Shown in pieces: positions 1 through 14,006 of a DNA stretch of 64,000 nucleotides. Under the pieces are notes generated by a model. It worked only from the letters and a program-made list of their open reading frames with translations, was not told where the DNA came from and did not search any database. The stretch is from Malacoraja senta (lineage: Eukaryota), in the NCBI GenBank assembly GCA_038087875.1, contig CM075988.1, positions 14,448,001-14,512,000 of the forward strand. Reading direction: 5' to 3'. Made by a program: the position numbers and the translations under genes. Each line of letters begins with the position of its first letter. Within the stretch, counting starts at the first letter, position 1.

Positions 1-1414
1 CCAGTTCCAATGAAATCACATTAACCTGTAATATCAACTGTTCTCTCTTTCCATCGATGCTGCCTAACCTGCCGACTTACTTACACCATTCTTCTTTTAT
101 TTCAGATTTTCAGTATCTGCAATATTCCTGCACTGAATTCTGCTCTTCCCTTTTCTCATTCATCTACCTCTATTTATATTCCGTCCATTTCGATTAGCCG
201 CAATTAACAATCCCTCATCACTCTCTCTCGGCTAGCACCACCACATCTGTATCGTTAAGTCTTACATTTCCACCGTATCACAAACATAATTTTTGCAAAA
301 CTTGAAAAGATATGCAAACGGTAATGAGAAAAAGTCAATTAGAACTGAAGTAACCAAAGTAGACCCAATAATAAGGTTTGCCAAAGCCATTTCTAAAGCA
401 ATGGACTATTATCAGTGAAGCAAAGGTGCACAGGACTAATTAAAGTTTCAGAAATGATATATGTGATCTCTGGTGCTATTGTTAATAAAGAACCTGCATA
501 AGATATCTTTTCCATTGCACATTCTTCACAATAACACACTCTGTAAGTCCCAAAAGCCACTGTTATCCATTTCCTCTGCTGCTCCCTGTTTACAGGGTAC
601 AATACTTTCTGCCATGTCAATTCCATTACTAAATTCAAGGCAAAAATCTGGAGACGTTGTTTTCATTTTCAGTATTCCAGAAGAAGAAATTAAATTGTGC
701 ATTCAAACTCTGCTGTTCTCCAAGGATTAGCTGCTTGGCTTCTGACTAGCATAAAGAAGAAACAGTGTCTCTGAGCTGAAAAACCCATTCAAATGCAGAA
801 CTCGACTGTCAAAATAACCCTCCCCTGCACGGAGGTATATAAACCAAGCTCTCCTACTGCACTCCCATCTGCTGCCCCCCCACATCATTGTCGTTCTCAT
901 CAATAATGGCAGAAAGATGTCTGCTTATCAAGCCAGGCTTGAGGCATCAGGCTTCACTGCTTCCAAAGGCACAACTGCCTGATGCTGTCATCAGCTTGTT
1001 TGCATTTTAATACCATAAAACCTTTTTGTCCCAGGTCTCATGAGAGAATGTGTGTTTGCCAGCGTGTGTGCCGTGCATCAGAAAACAGAAAGCAACCTCA
1101 ACAGGTTGCAATGCCATGAGTCACTGGCTCCTGTGTTCTTTGCTGGCAAGATCTTCCCTCTGTTGAGGCATGAGCCCTGCAGATTAATCCAACCAACCTA
1201 CTGGTGAACAGTAACCACAGATTTGTAAGTTATCGATCTTCTGCAGAAAGTGCCCAAAGTGCAAAATTTATACTCTATCAGGCAAACCGAATGATGAACG
1301 CGGTCTGATTGACCTGGACGATGACACTTTGGCCTGGCTCGCCTCAACGGAGCTGCAGGTCTAAAAGACATACGACAAAAGAAGAAGAAGGCAAACCTAC
1401 CACCAATTGCAGGT

Positions 1415-1739
1415 AAAAAAAATTCAGGAACTACAGATGGGCGTTTACACCAAAGATAGACACAAAATGCTGGAGTCACTCAAGACTTGATTCTGAAGAA
1501 GGCTATCGACCCGAAATGTCACCTGTTCCTTTTCGCCTGACCAGCTGAGTTACTTCAGCATTTTGTGTCTATTTATGGATATATGATGTTTTGGGTCTGG
1601 ACCCTTCTACATTGAAGAATGGTCCAGATCCAAAACATAATCTATCCATATTATCCAGAGATGCTGCCTGACCCACTTAGTTACTCCAGCACTTTGTGTC
1701 TTTTTTTTTGCAACCCAGCATCTGCAGTTTCTTGTTTCT
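1415..1739. mobile_element. Palindromic Penelope-derived short insertion
   Basis: Inverted copies of gacacaaaatgctggagt / actccagcattttgtgtc; hammerhead-like core at 1493; TSD 1403-1414 and 1740-1751 (11/12). Confidence 0.85.
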
Positions 1740-3152
1740 CCAATTACAGGTTACTGCCAACCCCTATAGCACATGTGGTAGGAGATTTCATTGCTGGGGA
1801 GTTGAATGTAATGTGTATACATGCCTCAGAGTGTACTTGATGCTACTTGCTGCATTAAGACCACATGATTTATAAGTCATTACCATGTGAGCTGTTAACT
1901 CTGTGGAGGGTGATATTGGTGATAAATTAATTATTCGTCTCTTCATCTCTACATCCAAAATGTGTAATTTGGCCACAACATTGTCCCTTGTTGTTATTCC
2001 CCAGGCCTTATTTTTATTTATTTTGGCTTAATTTTCTTTTTGTAATGATACCCTTGTTTAATTTGTTCACATTATGTTTGCTCTGAGGAAGCCTGCTTTG
2101 CCTTTCCAAACATTGTCGAGCCTGCTGTGCAGTTCAGAGCTTTGTGCTTTAATTTCAGAACTGTAGCAATCTTGTGTGTTTTTTTTATTATTTAGTTCTG
2201 GCACCCTCGCTGTGGAAATTACTTCTCGTGACAAAGCTCTTTTTTTCTGTCAATATTTTGTTGCCTCTGTGGTGCTTTTGTCACCACGGCTTTTGAGTTA
2301 TTTATTCTTCCTGACATTTTCCACATAAAAATTCATTTCTACAATCTTTAGTTTATATATAAAGACAAATGCATGGATGTTTGAACCATATTATGCAGGC
2401 CACATTTAGAGTAACACAACACTGTGCCTTAGTGATGGTAGGAACCAAAGGAACTCCCTTCTGAGTCATTAGGTGTATGTTCAAGTTCCACTAGAGAGTC
2501 AAGCATTTGCTGACACTTCAGTACAGTGCAGCCTTTATCAAGACATGTCATGCATTTACACTCAGGCCAATGTGGAAGACCCCTTCACATCATTGTAAAG
2601 AACTGCACGTGAATTCTCAAAGATGCTGTGGTCAGTATTTATTCATTGGTTCACAACAGGCAGTGATTAGTGCAGCTGCACAGAAAGGGGGACAGCATGG
2701 ACTTGATGGGCCATCTCCTTGCTGTATGACTCAATGGCTCATCATAACCTTAGCTAGCCAACAACATTCCTCCTATAACTGGACATGTCTCTTCACTCAG
2801 GAACTTGTTGAATTGTTGATCAAGCATTACAGTGGCTCTAGTGCTCTCAAGGATGCTTTGAAGAAATGCTTGGTGTCATCTGACTGGTGAATCGTACAGC
2901 TTAGAATCGTACAGTTATTAAATTGAACAAAACTCAATAGTTTTGCAATTATATCCTCAGAATTTGCATTTATATAAATATGTGGCCATTATTTGAGCAC
3001 CTATCCCAATGGCTCTATGGAGTCATCCTGGGCACCAGCCTCAGCTTTCTCTCCAACTCCTTCATACTTTCATGTCTGAGGATTGAAACAGAATGTGGTG
3101 GACCTGGAAGTCATCCCCAAGCCTTCTATAGTCCGACTACATTCTCTTAATG

Positions 3153-3400
3153 GAGACACAAGGAACTGCAGATGCTGGTTTATTAACAAAAAGAGGCAAA
3201 GTGGTGGGAGTAAGTCAGCAGGTCAGGCAGCATCTCTGGAGAACAAGGAGAGGTGACATTCCGGACAGGACCCATCTTCAAACGGACCCTTCTCCAGTCA
3301 GAAGAAGGGTCCCGACCCGAAACATTACCTATCCATGTTCTCCAAGGATGCTGCCTGACTCACAGAGTTACTCCAGCACTTTGTGCCTTTTTTTCAACAA
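3153..3400. mobile_element. Palindromic Penelope-derived short insertion
   Basis: Inverted arms; TSD tctcttaatg at 3143-3152 and 3401-3410. Confidence 0.85.
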
Positions 3401-4339
3401 TCTCTTAATGTTGTCCTCAATTACATAAGCTACATTATTTAAAGACCATTTTTTTTACTTTTTGCAGATTCATGCTGCTCGTTCAGCAATTCCAACAGTC
3501 CTGAAACTAATCGGCAATAAATACCAGAGCCCAAACGCATAAATCTGCCTGGAAATTAGCATTTAAATGAAGGAAATCAACCCCTTCAATAACACAACAG
3601 AGAGGAATATAGGAGATATAATATTGCAATATCCATACGTTCCTTGCAATGACAGATTTTTCAAAGTTTACATTTTCTAACATGAAGGAAGCAATTATTG
3701 TTAGTGATTGGGTTCACCACCAACTGCTGCTGAAATACAAGTTAATTAAAATCAAGTTTAGCTGTCCTCCTCTTGTCTTCAGCCATTTAAATAAACTCCT
3801 GCCCGAGGTCTGATTTCAATGAACATGCTTGGCTAATTTTGAAGTTCCCCTGTCCTCTGTGGACTGTATACGACAGATTACATGTCTGAATTTCAACAGT
3901 ATCTGCCATTGAACATGAGCTAGGATATCCCTCAAGCCTAATAGGAAAGTACTCTCCAATGTGATAACTGAGAGCAGTGCTTGTTTTGTGGAGGTACACA
4001 CAAGTATGGCACCATCGCCCTTCTGCAAACACCTGTAGCTCCATAACATGGGCCGCACCACCTGCTCATCTCTCTGAACTTCTCCAGGTTTCCCTCTGTA
4101 GAAGCAGCAACTCCAGTTCTTGACCCTGCACACTAGAACACTCCCCCCCATAATCCTTCAATCATTTTCCTCATCTTCAACTACCTTCCTTAACTCTTTA
4201 TCTGTGTCCTATTTAATGCTTTCGTTAATGAGTCACAACATTTCCAGAGCCAACAATGGGCCATTAGGTGTTCCACCCTTCCTTGGTCATCTGCTGCCAG
4301 CACTGCTTTTTAATGGCCTTTTCTTACCTCCAGTTCCTT

Positions 4340-4485
4340 CCCCTCTTCTTTCAGTCTGAAGAAGGGTCCCGACCCGAAGAGTCACCCATCCTTTTTCTCC
4401 AGAGTTGCTGCCTGACCCGCTGAGTTACTCTAGCACTTTGTGTCTATCTTCAGTATGAACCAGCATCTGCAGTACATTTCTTCTC
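4340..4485 (+). mobile_element. Penelope-derived terminal repeat fragment
   Basis: cagtctgaagaagggtcccgacccgaag...gctgcctgacccgctgagttactc...ccagcatctgcag. Confidence 0.85.
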
Positions 4486-7034
4486 ACTTCTTGGGCTGTT
4501 TTGTTAGACGAGGGTGCGCTGAGAGCTTCCCTCCATCCTTGGCTGTTGCGCAAAGGCTCTTCGCGAACTGACTCTTCGCTAACTAACACATACATAAAAC
4601 ACAAAACCTGAGCTACAGGAGTGACGGGTTTTACAGATGCCAACGGTGCAGTTGGCCACCAGACAACGGAGGCAATCACAAAACAGTTACTAGTGGGCTT
4701 TAGTCCAAATCATTAGCAGTTTATTGTACTAATAAAAAACTACATGCCTAATTACTGTGACATACTCAGAGGAGCATAATCTGTCAACAATAGCGGGAAC
4801 ACAGATACATGCAGGAGAAAAGTGACCAAATTGGGAGAGGTGATTGACAATGCCCTAGGCATTTATCTGCAATCAATCCCTGAATATCAGAGAACATTTT
4901 ACAATTAAATGGTCAGGTATTGTGTGGGATGTGTAAAATAGATATCATGCTCAGTGCTCTGGGTCTACTTCAGTCACAAAGACTTCCATTGAAGATCACT
5001 GTTGAAAAGGTGTTCATTCAAACACATAACATGAAGACAGAAGGAAAGGTGACTCCTCTAGAAGGGAACTCTCAAAAACTGTTGTGACTGTTGATTGCTC
5101 AACCCTCTCCCTTTCCCACCACTCCTCCCCCATCCTCTCATCTTCCTAATTCTCCAAGTTCCACCTGTGGCCAAGGTCAGAGGTGACAATCTGGTGATGG
5201 CATCAGTCATGGAGCTGGCTTCTAATATTCGACCAAGATCCACAGCTTGTCAGATTTACAGAAATACGATTCCGATTCATTTCATAGACCAGAAATAAAG
5301 TCCATGATCAGATCTCTTCATCTCCTCCTCTGGATGCACATTCAAAAACAATTTCTTGCCTGCTGAAATGTGGCATATGGTATAACTGTTCGAGTGGCTT
5401 TGTTGAGTGACATTAATGGAAATCACACCATACCTTAAAGGTAGCACTCCTGTCAATGAGGTATTCAAAATGCATCACAGGTCTTCTGATTGTGCCATCT
5501 AGTTCAGTCTTAGTGACTCAACACTGTTAAGTTATTGAGTGTTATTTCACAGGTATCATAGAAAAAATAGCTCACCTTGACTGCAATATTCAGAAGGACT
5601 AGACTGTTACTGTAGCATTTCACTGTACCAATTGGTACATGTGACAAATAAATGTATCTTGATCTTGTTCTTAAACACAATGCAACACAACCAAAGTGTT
5701 TTGTGAATGTGGCAAACTGAAAAGCAACATTTAAGTACATTGTAAATGTCACAATACCTAAGAACTGTAACTACCTGTGGGAGGGTTGTACAATTATTCT
5801 GAAGTATAAAAGATGTGTTGGCAATTCATTCGTTTCCTCAAGACATGTTGATCACCAGTGCAAGATTCAATTTAAGATTGCATTGCGTTGTTTGAGGGTA
5901 TGACAGCAGGACTAATGAAAACTTTTCATGAGAGTGTGAGGATGCTACTCTTATGAACTTTCCAACAGACTATGTACAGATATCTCAAATGTGTCCATAG
6001 CCCAGTAATTACATGGCCGGGCCAGGGACTAGGACGATATGATGACATTCAGGAAACGTAGTTGATATCAGAAGCACCAAATATTGTTTTCCTTGTTCCT
6101 TTTTATAAAATTAAGTGGAAAATGTTGAACAACCTGGGTGTTAATGTCACTGGATGGAATACAGATGCATCACTGTGCATGGTATCAAAGTGGCAGATGT
6201 AACCCGTAAGCACTCGGGTGTGATGAAGTGCAGACAGATTTACCAGACAAATCACCTACATGATAATCCAGTCTGACCTGGACAGTGCAGAATATGGGCG
6301 ATCTGCATCATCAATAGAGGAAAGAGCACAATGGAGGCAGCCAACTGCACATCCAGTGACCAGCTCTGGAACTCATTACCAGAGGGGCTGCTTATGTTCT
6401 TGGATAGATCACATCCAAGGGTTTACTTTGACCTTTGAAATAAAACTAGCTATGGTTAGTAATAGGATCTTGTGATTAATCCACTGCACATTAGCTTAGA
6501 AAGACATGAAAAGATGGAATATAAAGCTGGGACCTAGAAATCAGGAGGATTAAACTAACTAATTTTAATTGCCATGAGAGCAGCAACTGGATAGTGAGAT
6601 GCAAAAGTTATGAGCCAAGCTCTTTACAGTTAATGCCTCAGTTAATAACTATACAGCTAATAACTATTTACAGTTATTATCATTCCTCCTTGACCTGCTG
6701 GCTGGCATACTGATCTATAAGAGTTGCAAACATTTGTGAAGTTCATGGTTTGACCTGTACACCTCAGACACTAGAAGCAGTGTCTTATCACATACAGTAC
6801 CTGTCAGTACAGGTCTTGTCAGAAATTCATTGCTTCCCATACAGTGATGTGCTTAGCAGCTTGTGTTGTTCAAAAGAGAAATCCATGAGATCTGACTGTA
6901 AAGTGAAATCAATCTGGATATGTCCATTAGTTGATTTGCCTCAATATTTTATTTCTCCCAGTTTCTTTCACTATGTAAAGGTCAAAGCATAAGTGCTAAA
7001 CAAGAGGATACAGCCCCAGTAGATTAATTGTCCA

Positions 7035-7250
7035 GACCCCCCTCACCTATAGCCACCTATCACTTGCCAGATTTTGTCATGACCTCACCTCTCTTCCATT
7101 TTTCTCCCCCCTCCATCTCAATCAGTCTGAAGAAGGGTCCCGAACTGAAATGTTACCTATCCATTTTCTTCTGAAATGAAAATTGGCCCGCTAAGTTACT
7201 CCAAATCTTTGCATCTTTTCCTGTAAACCAACATTTGCAGTTCCTTGTGT
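7035..7250 (+). mobile_element. Penelope-derived terminal repeat fragment
   Basis: cacctatcacttgccag...cagtctgaagaagggtcccg...gcagttccttgtgtc. Confidence 0.8.
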
Positions 7251-8859
7251 CAGCCAAGTGTTTAATGGTCTTATATCTATTGGGAACATAACAATAAAAA
7301 TCTTACTTGCTGTACAATAAATTTTGTTATACTCAGTAACCAGACCATAATACTGCAAGCCAAAATATATAGTGCAGCCAATATATCGTCCATAGTAATT
7401 CTGTACTGAGGCAGGGCTGTGATTCACTACTTTCAACTTAGTGTGATGTTCAGTGCTCAAGATGTGAACTCCTCTACACTGAAGGCAAAGGTAGAATGGG
7501 TGACCATCTTTTATAAAGGAACCTTAGACGGCAAGGTGGACATCATCTGCCTCTGCATTTTTCATGCACTGGACCAGCTCATTAATTCAGTGAAAATGAG
7601 AAATCTCCAGTTCCAATAGTGAATGTGGGAGGGAGGGTTGGGCAAGTGGCAGTAAAATTCAGAGTGGGGAGGATTAAGGAATCTTAAGGGGCTGAATCAG
7701 AGGTTGGAGTCTCGGGTCCAGGAACTTGAAGCTATTCATGAATGCAGTGAGTCCAGTGCCATATTTTACTTTGGCTCAGTTCACACCAACAAATGTCATT
7801 TTTTAAATTTTCTCCTGTTTCTCCTGGTTCAATGCAACAGAAGCAGCTCGAGGGGATGGAGCTCGAGAGGTTTATTATTATGCAGTTTTCATTGTGCAAA
7901 CATGGACTGGTGAATGTGCACAATTCATTCAAGCATTCTTAGGCTGCAGCCGTGGGCCGTGGTTTATACCAAGTGTGCATGGGTCACCATTGATTTTTGT
8001 CTACGACTGAGGCATTAATTGAAAACATTATGACTTCCAACATTTCTCTTTGAGAAATTAATCCTTCTCTGTGCAAACAATGAACTCGACATCAAACGAT
8101 TCACAAAATGCTGAATGTTTTAGAAAATTTCAGCTAATGATACGACTGAGTTCTGTTCTCCTGACTGGTGCAAGGAGTGATCAATTGATCTTCAAAATGA
8201 TGCGTGGGAACAAAGAAAATTCTAAAAGGCGAGAAGTTGGGAGCAATTTAGTCCATGCAGAGAAATGCTTAAAATCTATGGACAGGCCTGGCACAAATTA
8301 ATTGAAAATGGCAAGAGGTTGTTACCCATTAGAGGGGACCAAATGCAAAGATACTTGAGATATACAAGTTTGACTAAAGTGTGCACAGTTGTGCCCTTGC
8401 AAGTCAGCAAGGATATACATTCAGCCTTCAGACCTTTAGTCTAACTGACCTCATTCTTCGAGAATATCACCTCAACCATGTTTCATTAAAACACCTATTG
8501 ATTTGACGTGTTTGGTGGATGTAGCTGAACCAAGTTCACTGCAACCGTTTATTATCCTGTATAAAAAGAAATAATCCTTGTTCTCTCTCCCCTCCTCGTG
8601 CATATTAATTTATACTAATGCCTTTGATTAATGCATCATTAAAATATAATATTTTTCATATGTAAGCTATAAACTAATTATTAATTAGAAACATAAAATG
8701 CAGATGGTACTACATTATAGCTGATAACTAAGGAGTACCATTGAGTACCTAATGTTGATTTGTCAGAAACCAGACCGAACAGCTCAGGCTACAGGTGAAC
8801 ATTGATTCATGGTTGAGGTGCATTGCTGAAGAAATGGACGAACTATGTGGTAGAGCTTT

Positions 8860-9460
8860 AGATCCAGGAAATCATGATGCAGCTCTAGAGGACATTTGCT
8901 TGTCCGCAATTAGAGTATTGCTTACAGTTCTGGTTAGGCCATTACAGAAAAGATGTGGAGGCTTTGGAGAGGGTTCAGAAGTGATTTTCCAAAATACTGC
9001 CTGCATTAGAGGGTTTCAGCTACAGGGAGTGGTTGGATAGACTTGGCTTGTTTTCTCTGGAACCTCGGAGGTTCAAGGGAGATTTGAGATAAATATATAA
9101 AATTATGAGAAGCATAGATAGAACTATTTTCCCAGGGTGGAAATGTCCAACACTAGAGGGCATAGCTATAAAATGAGAGCAGGAAAGTTTAATGGAGATA
9201 TGTGGGGCGTGTTTTTTTTTACACACTGCACAGAATGTGGAGAGGGCCTGGAATCTATTGCCAAGGGTAGTGGTGGAGGCAGATGCCACCACTTATACAG
9301 TGGTGTTTAAAAGGTTTTTAGATAGGCATGTGGAAGTTCAGGGAATAGAGGGATATGGATCATGTACAGGCAGATGGGATCAGTTTAACTCAGTATCATG
9401 TTCGGCACAAACACTGTGGGTGGAAGGGCCTGTCCCTATGCTGTACTGTGCCATTCTATG
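8860..9460 (+). mobile_element. CR1-type LINE 3' fragment, degenerate
   Basis: AWNLLPRVVVEA...VFKRFLDRH...GIEGYG; 3' end gaagggcctgtccctatgctgtactg. Confidence 0.85.
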
Positions 9461-10424
9461 CTCTCTCTTCCCTATTGTTGGGCTAGGCACAACTGTTAAT
9501 TGAGAGATTACTGCCTTAAATAAAAAATATTTTGTTGATAGTGTCTATTACTTGTTTTAGAAGGGATGACGAATAAATAGTCCTCAATCGTCCCTCAACT
9601 TAGAATGTTTGATTCGGATAATTGCCTTTTGCCTGGAACTTGCTGAATGGTCAGCATAACCAGTTTAAATCTTTGAAGTCTCCAGGCATCAACATGCCCA
9701 AAAAGATCTTTGCACCATCCATCACAGGGAGTCAGCATATCCACCCCTTAAGTAAGGCAGAGAATTATGGTGAGTGGATGTCATGCACAGAAATGAAAGT
9801 CATAACCTCAAGGCCAGTTAAACAACCTGATGAATTCATACAATGAGATACCCGACATCAGGGCAATCCTGGGTGTCTATTCCACAGCTATTGGCACTGC
9901 TAGATAGCTCCAACATAATTAAACCCTGACAATAATTACAGTATCTCAATCCATCTATATTTTGACTTTTCGCAATACAACAATTGTGTCATTGAAAGCC
10001 ATCTATCCCTTGCTACAAGAAGGAGCAGAACTCTGAACTTGTGAGGAAAGTGTCAGGAAAACTGTTTGTCTGGGAAAATCTCTGTGGAAATCCAGAGGTT
10101 GCATTCAGTTAATCTAAACCTTGCCCAATGCTGGGCACTGAATGGAGTTCACGGTGGGAACAGAAAGTTGCAGCATTTCTCCACACCTCACAGTGGGGAA
10201 TCTGCACCAAGAGTCTACACCAGGTTGGTGGAACGGAGAGAGAAAGTTAATAACTGCAAAGGATTTTGGGGCTAATTTTCATCATTCAAAATTAATTTGC
10301 AGAAATCGTGGAAGCAGGGGGAGAAAGTAAATAACTGTATGGGATTGGGCCAAATTCATAATTCTTGATAAAAAATCAATATACAGCGCAGGCAGGAAGT
10401 GGTGAAGATGAGACTTTTCGTTAA

Positions 10425-10634
<210 letters not shown>

Positions 10635-11912
10635 CTGTTTTGACATAGAAGTGATGTAGAAATGGCTTTGCCATAATTTGCATCATATTTTCCCCACATG
10701 CCTGTTGGAATGATTGCTTTAGGCAAGTATGGATTTCATTCAGAAGTTAATGGTGGTCATGAATTCCATCCTTCTGCATTTGAAACTTTAAAATAAAAGT
10801 TAGAAGTTGCATGTTAACAAATTCAGAGAACGAGAAAATTGGTTCTAGTTAACCATGCAAATTAATGCATTACATCCTTTAGGTATGATCACCTTTAATA
10901 ATATTATCATATTGGAATGTGTTTGAGATCTTAAAAACTTTGCTAAATATAGATCAAAAGAAAATAAATCCAATGTGAAAAGCAAATATGCTGGAGCTGT
11001 ACATTATGATCCGAGAATGTTTGAACTACTCAGCTGGTTAAATAACATCTGAAAAGAAAAATGATTAACATTCATCAAATTTTTTAACCTTATTTTTGGA
11101 CAGTTGATGATCCTGCTGTGTATTTCAAACATATTCTTTTATTAGCCAAATATATTTGCTTTTCAGAATTATACCACAACTTTTCAAAGCTTGAAAATGC
11201 ACATGTTGTCTAAAACTACAGGGGCAGCAGTGATTATCGGTGAAGATGCACGCCAAAGGGGACTTCTTCACTGCTCCTGTGTACAGGCAATCAGTAGAAC
11301 AATGATGTGACCAGAAAATATGATGCATTTAGACGTGCATAATGTCAGTCTCCAAGCATTTCCAAAGAGCAATTGGTGGTTTAGAGAAGTCTTTGAATAT
11401 TGCACTCTAGTCATCCCTGCTGTACCACAATAACACATTGTTTAAATGTTCATTCCTCGGATAGAAGACTTGCAGGTTATCCTTGTTAATACGTAATGTC
11501 AACCATATCTTTATTTCATAAGTTGCACTGCTGAGAATATCAGTCCAGGGATAGCTTTCAAGACAACAATGTGTGGGTATTTCAAACCTTTCACGCTTTC
11601 TCAAATTACTCAGAGGTACAGAGAGCTAAACTATTCAGGAGCCATTTAACCTCGGGGTATTTTGATGGGCAGTATTTTAAAAATGCAAGTTATCTGTTTA
11701 AATAGACCAGGTGACTAGACAGTTAAAGGCTAAAATGTTTATAGCAAGATATTGGTTTTAGTGACCCAGTTACTGATGAGGTGTAAAGGGATTTCTGAAT
11801 GCTTAGCAGCAAAGCAAAACTGTTACTTGACCTGTACACATATGGAAAATGAACAACAGAAAGAACAAAATGAATTGGGTTCATGATCTGAATCACAGTG
11901 AATCATGATGAT

Positions 11913-12210
11913 AGTTGCGCAGCTGGTAGATCTGTTGTCTCACATCGCCAAAGACCCGGGTTCAGGTGCTATGTGTGTGGAGTTTGCACGTTCTCCCTGT
12001 AAATGCATGGGTTCCCTCCAAGTGCTCCAGTTGCCTCCCACATCTAAAAAGTGTGGGTTTGTTGCTTAATTGGCCTCTATAACATTTCCCCTAATGTGCG
12101 ATTGAATGGATAAGTGGGATAACATAGAAGTAGTATGAATGGGTGATAAATGGTTGGGCCGGACACAGTTAGCTGCAGGGGCTATTACCATGCAGCATCT
12201 CTAAACAAAA
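11913..12210 (+). mobile_element. HE1-type SINE, degenerate
   Basis: Same head, central domain and tail as the 29922 copy. Confidence 0.8.
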
Positions 12211-12782
12211 TAATTCTAATATTCCATTAACTTAGACGTTATCTCTGGCTATTCTGTTTGCAAACACATTAAAAAAATGAGGCAATTAAATGTTGCACAG
12301 AGATACCATTGTTTACCGTATCTTCAGTCAATAACTGCCAGGTCTTTGAAGTCCAGGGACAATTCTTTCAAAGTCACTTTGAATTCTACATGTCACTCTA
12401 TCACAAAGAATGCTTTTGAAAAATTAAGTCTCTCTTTGAAATCTTCATTTTCATGACATCAGCTTAAAAGGAATGTTGACTTGGATCAATTTGTATGAGA
12501 TAGATTGGAAATGGAAAACCTTACATTAATTGGTGTTACAATGAGACATTTGTGCAAGCCAGTCCGTTATTTTGTCAATAATTGATTCATTAAATCAACG
12601 TCACATCTAAACCCATAGTAGCTGAAGCAAAGCAAGAATTTCATTGTCCTATCAAGGACACATGACAATAAACTCACTTGAACTTGAACTAGAATGTATT
12701 CACCCGCTCGCTTATAAATGCACCATTCAAGTAATTTATCTCCTAATCCAGACCAGATACAAGTCTCAAAGAATAGCATGAC

Positions 12783-12841
12783 AGCCACACATTACTGCAT
12801 TGTTGGTAGCCACACATTGTTGGTAGCCACACATTACTGCA
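12783..12841. repeat. Short local tandem duplication
   Basis: agccacacatt(actgca / gttggt) unit occurs three times. Confidence 0.8.
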
Positions 12842-14006
12842 CAGCAATTTTTCCATGGGGGACATTGGACTTTTTCTCTGGAACCATTACGTTATAATGA
12901 TATATCCTGCACTTTGATGTCTTTCTCTTTGCTCTTGTACTTGTGTTTGGGTCGATTATATTCATGTATATTATTATCTGATTTGATTGGATAGCATGCA
13001 AGCACATGTGTTTTTGTTACTCTAGCTTAGTACATGTGACAATAATAACAAATAACCCAAGGACAAATTGAAGGAACAACAAATGTAACTAATTTTCATT
13101 CCAATCAAGATGCCCAAGTGTACTTCTGGTATTCTGTAATGGAGCATAAACTCCATTAACATTTATCTAATGGGGTCAAGAAAAGAGCGTTCAAGTCGCG
13201 GCCCTGTTTCCACCAATCTTTCCACCACCACGCAAAAGAAGCGCACGAAGCGACAAGACAGACACCGTTGTATGCAGATGCCGAGAAGTGTGTTCAGCTC
13301 TGGATGAACAACTAATCTTGTGTGTGGACTCGATAAGAAGAATAATTTATCTAATATAATCCAACATCAAAAGGTGTATAGCTCAAATTTAAAATGGTAT
13401 AGATTTGCTCAATAATTAAATTTGCGTTGGTTGCATGCTACCAAGTGCAGACTATTTACAGTAGCTTCAACCTATCATTAGTAAATCTTTGGATTCAGTG
13501 TCCCTTTGAAGACTTCCGGGCAGTTCTAGTCATCCAGCTATTGCTCCGAAGAGGTAGGTATCATTGGCTCAGCCAACACTTACTGCCCATCCAGAATTCC
13601 TCAAACTCAATGGTTTGCTTAGCTATTTAGAGGAAAGTTAAGAATCAACCACTTTGTTATGGGTTTCGATTCAGATATAAACCACAACAGGCAAGGATAG
13701 AAGATTTATTTCCCTGAAAGAAGTCAGTGACCCAGATACATTTTTTTATGACATGGTCACCATTTGTGATTCTAGCTTTTCAGTTCCAGTTTGAATACAT
13801 GTTCTCCATCTGCCAATGGATTTTATCTCTTAGATCAACACTCCCCATCCTGGTGTCCCAAGATCAACAGTCCAGCCCTCTTGATGGAACCACATTGTTT
13901 TATACCACTTGCTAAGAACCATTCAACTATGAAAATCATCTCATACTCAGTTTAGGTCTGCCAATACAAGCCATCATCCATACCGTTTTCAGTGAGGCCA
14001 CCTGGA

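Noticed and set aside
1247..1414. Protein-looking peptides (KCPKCKIY...DLDDDTLAWL; GLKDIRQKKKKANLPPIA) with an apparent donor GCAG|GTAAAA
   Set aside because: The frames contain nearby stops, no family is recognised, and the donor's A-run belongs to the Penelope insertion starting at 1415.
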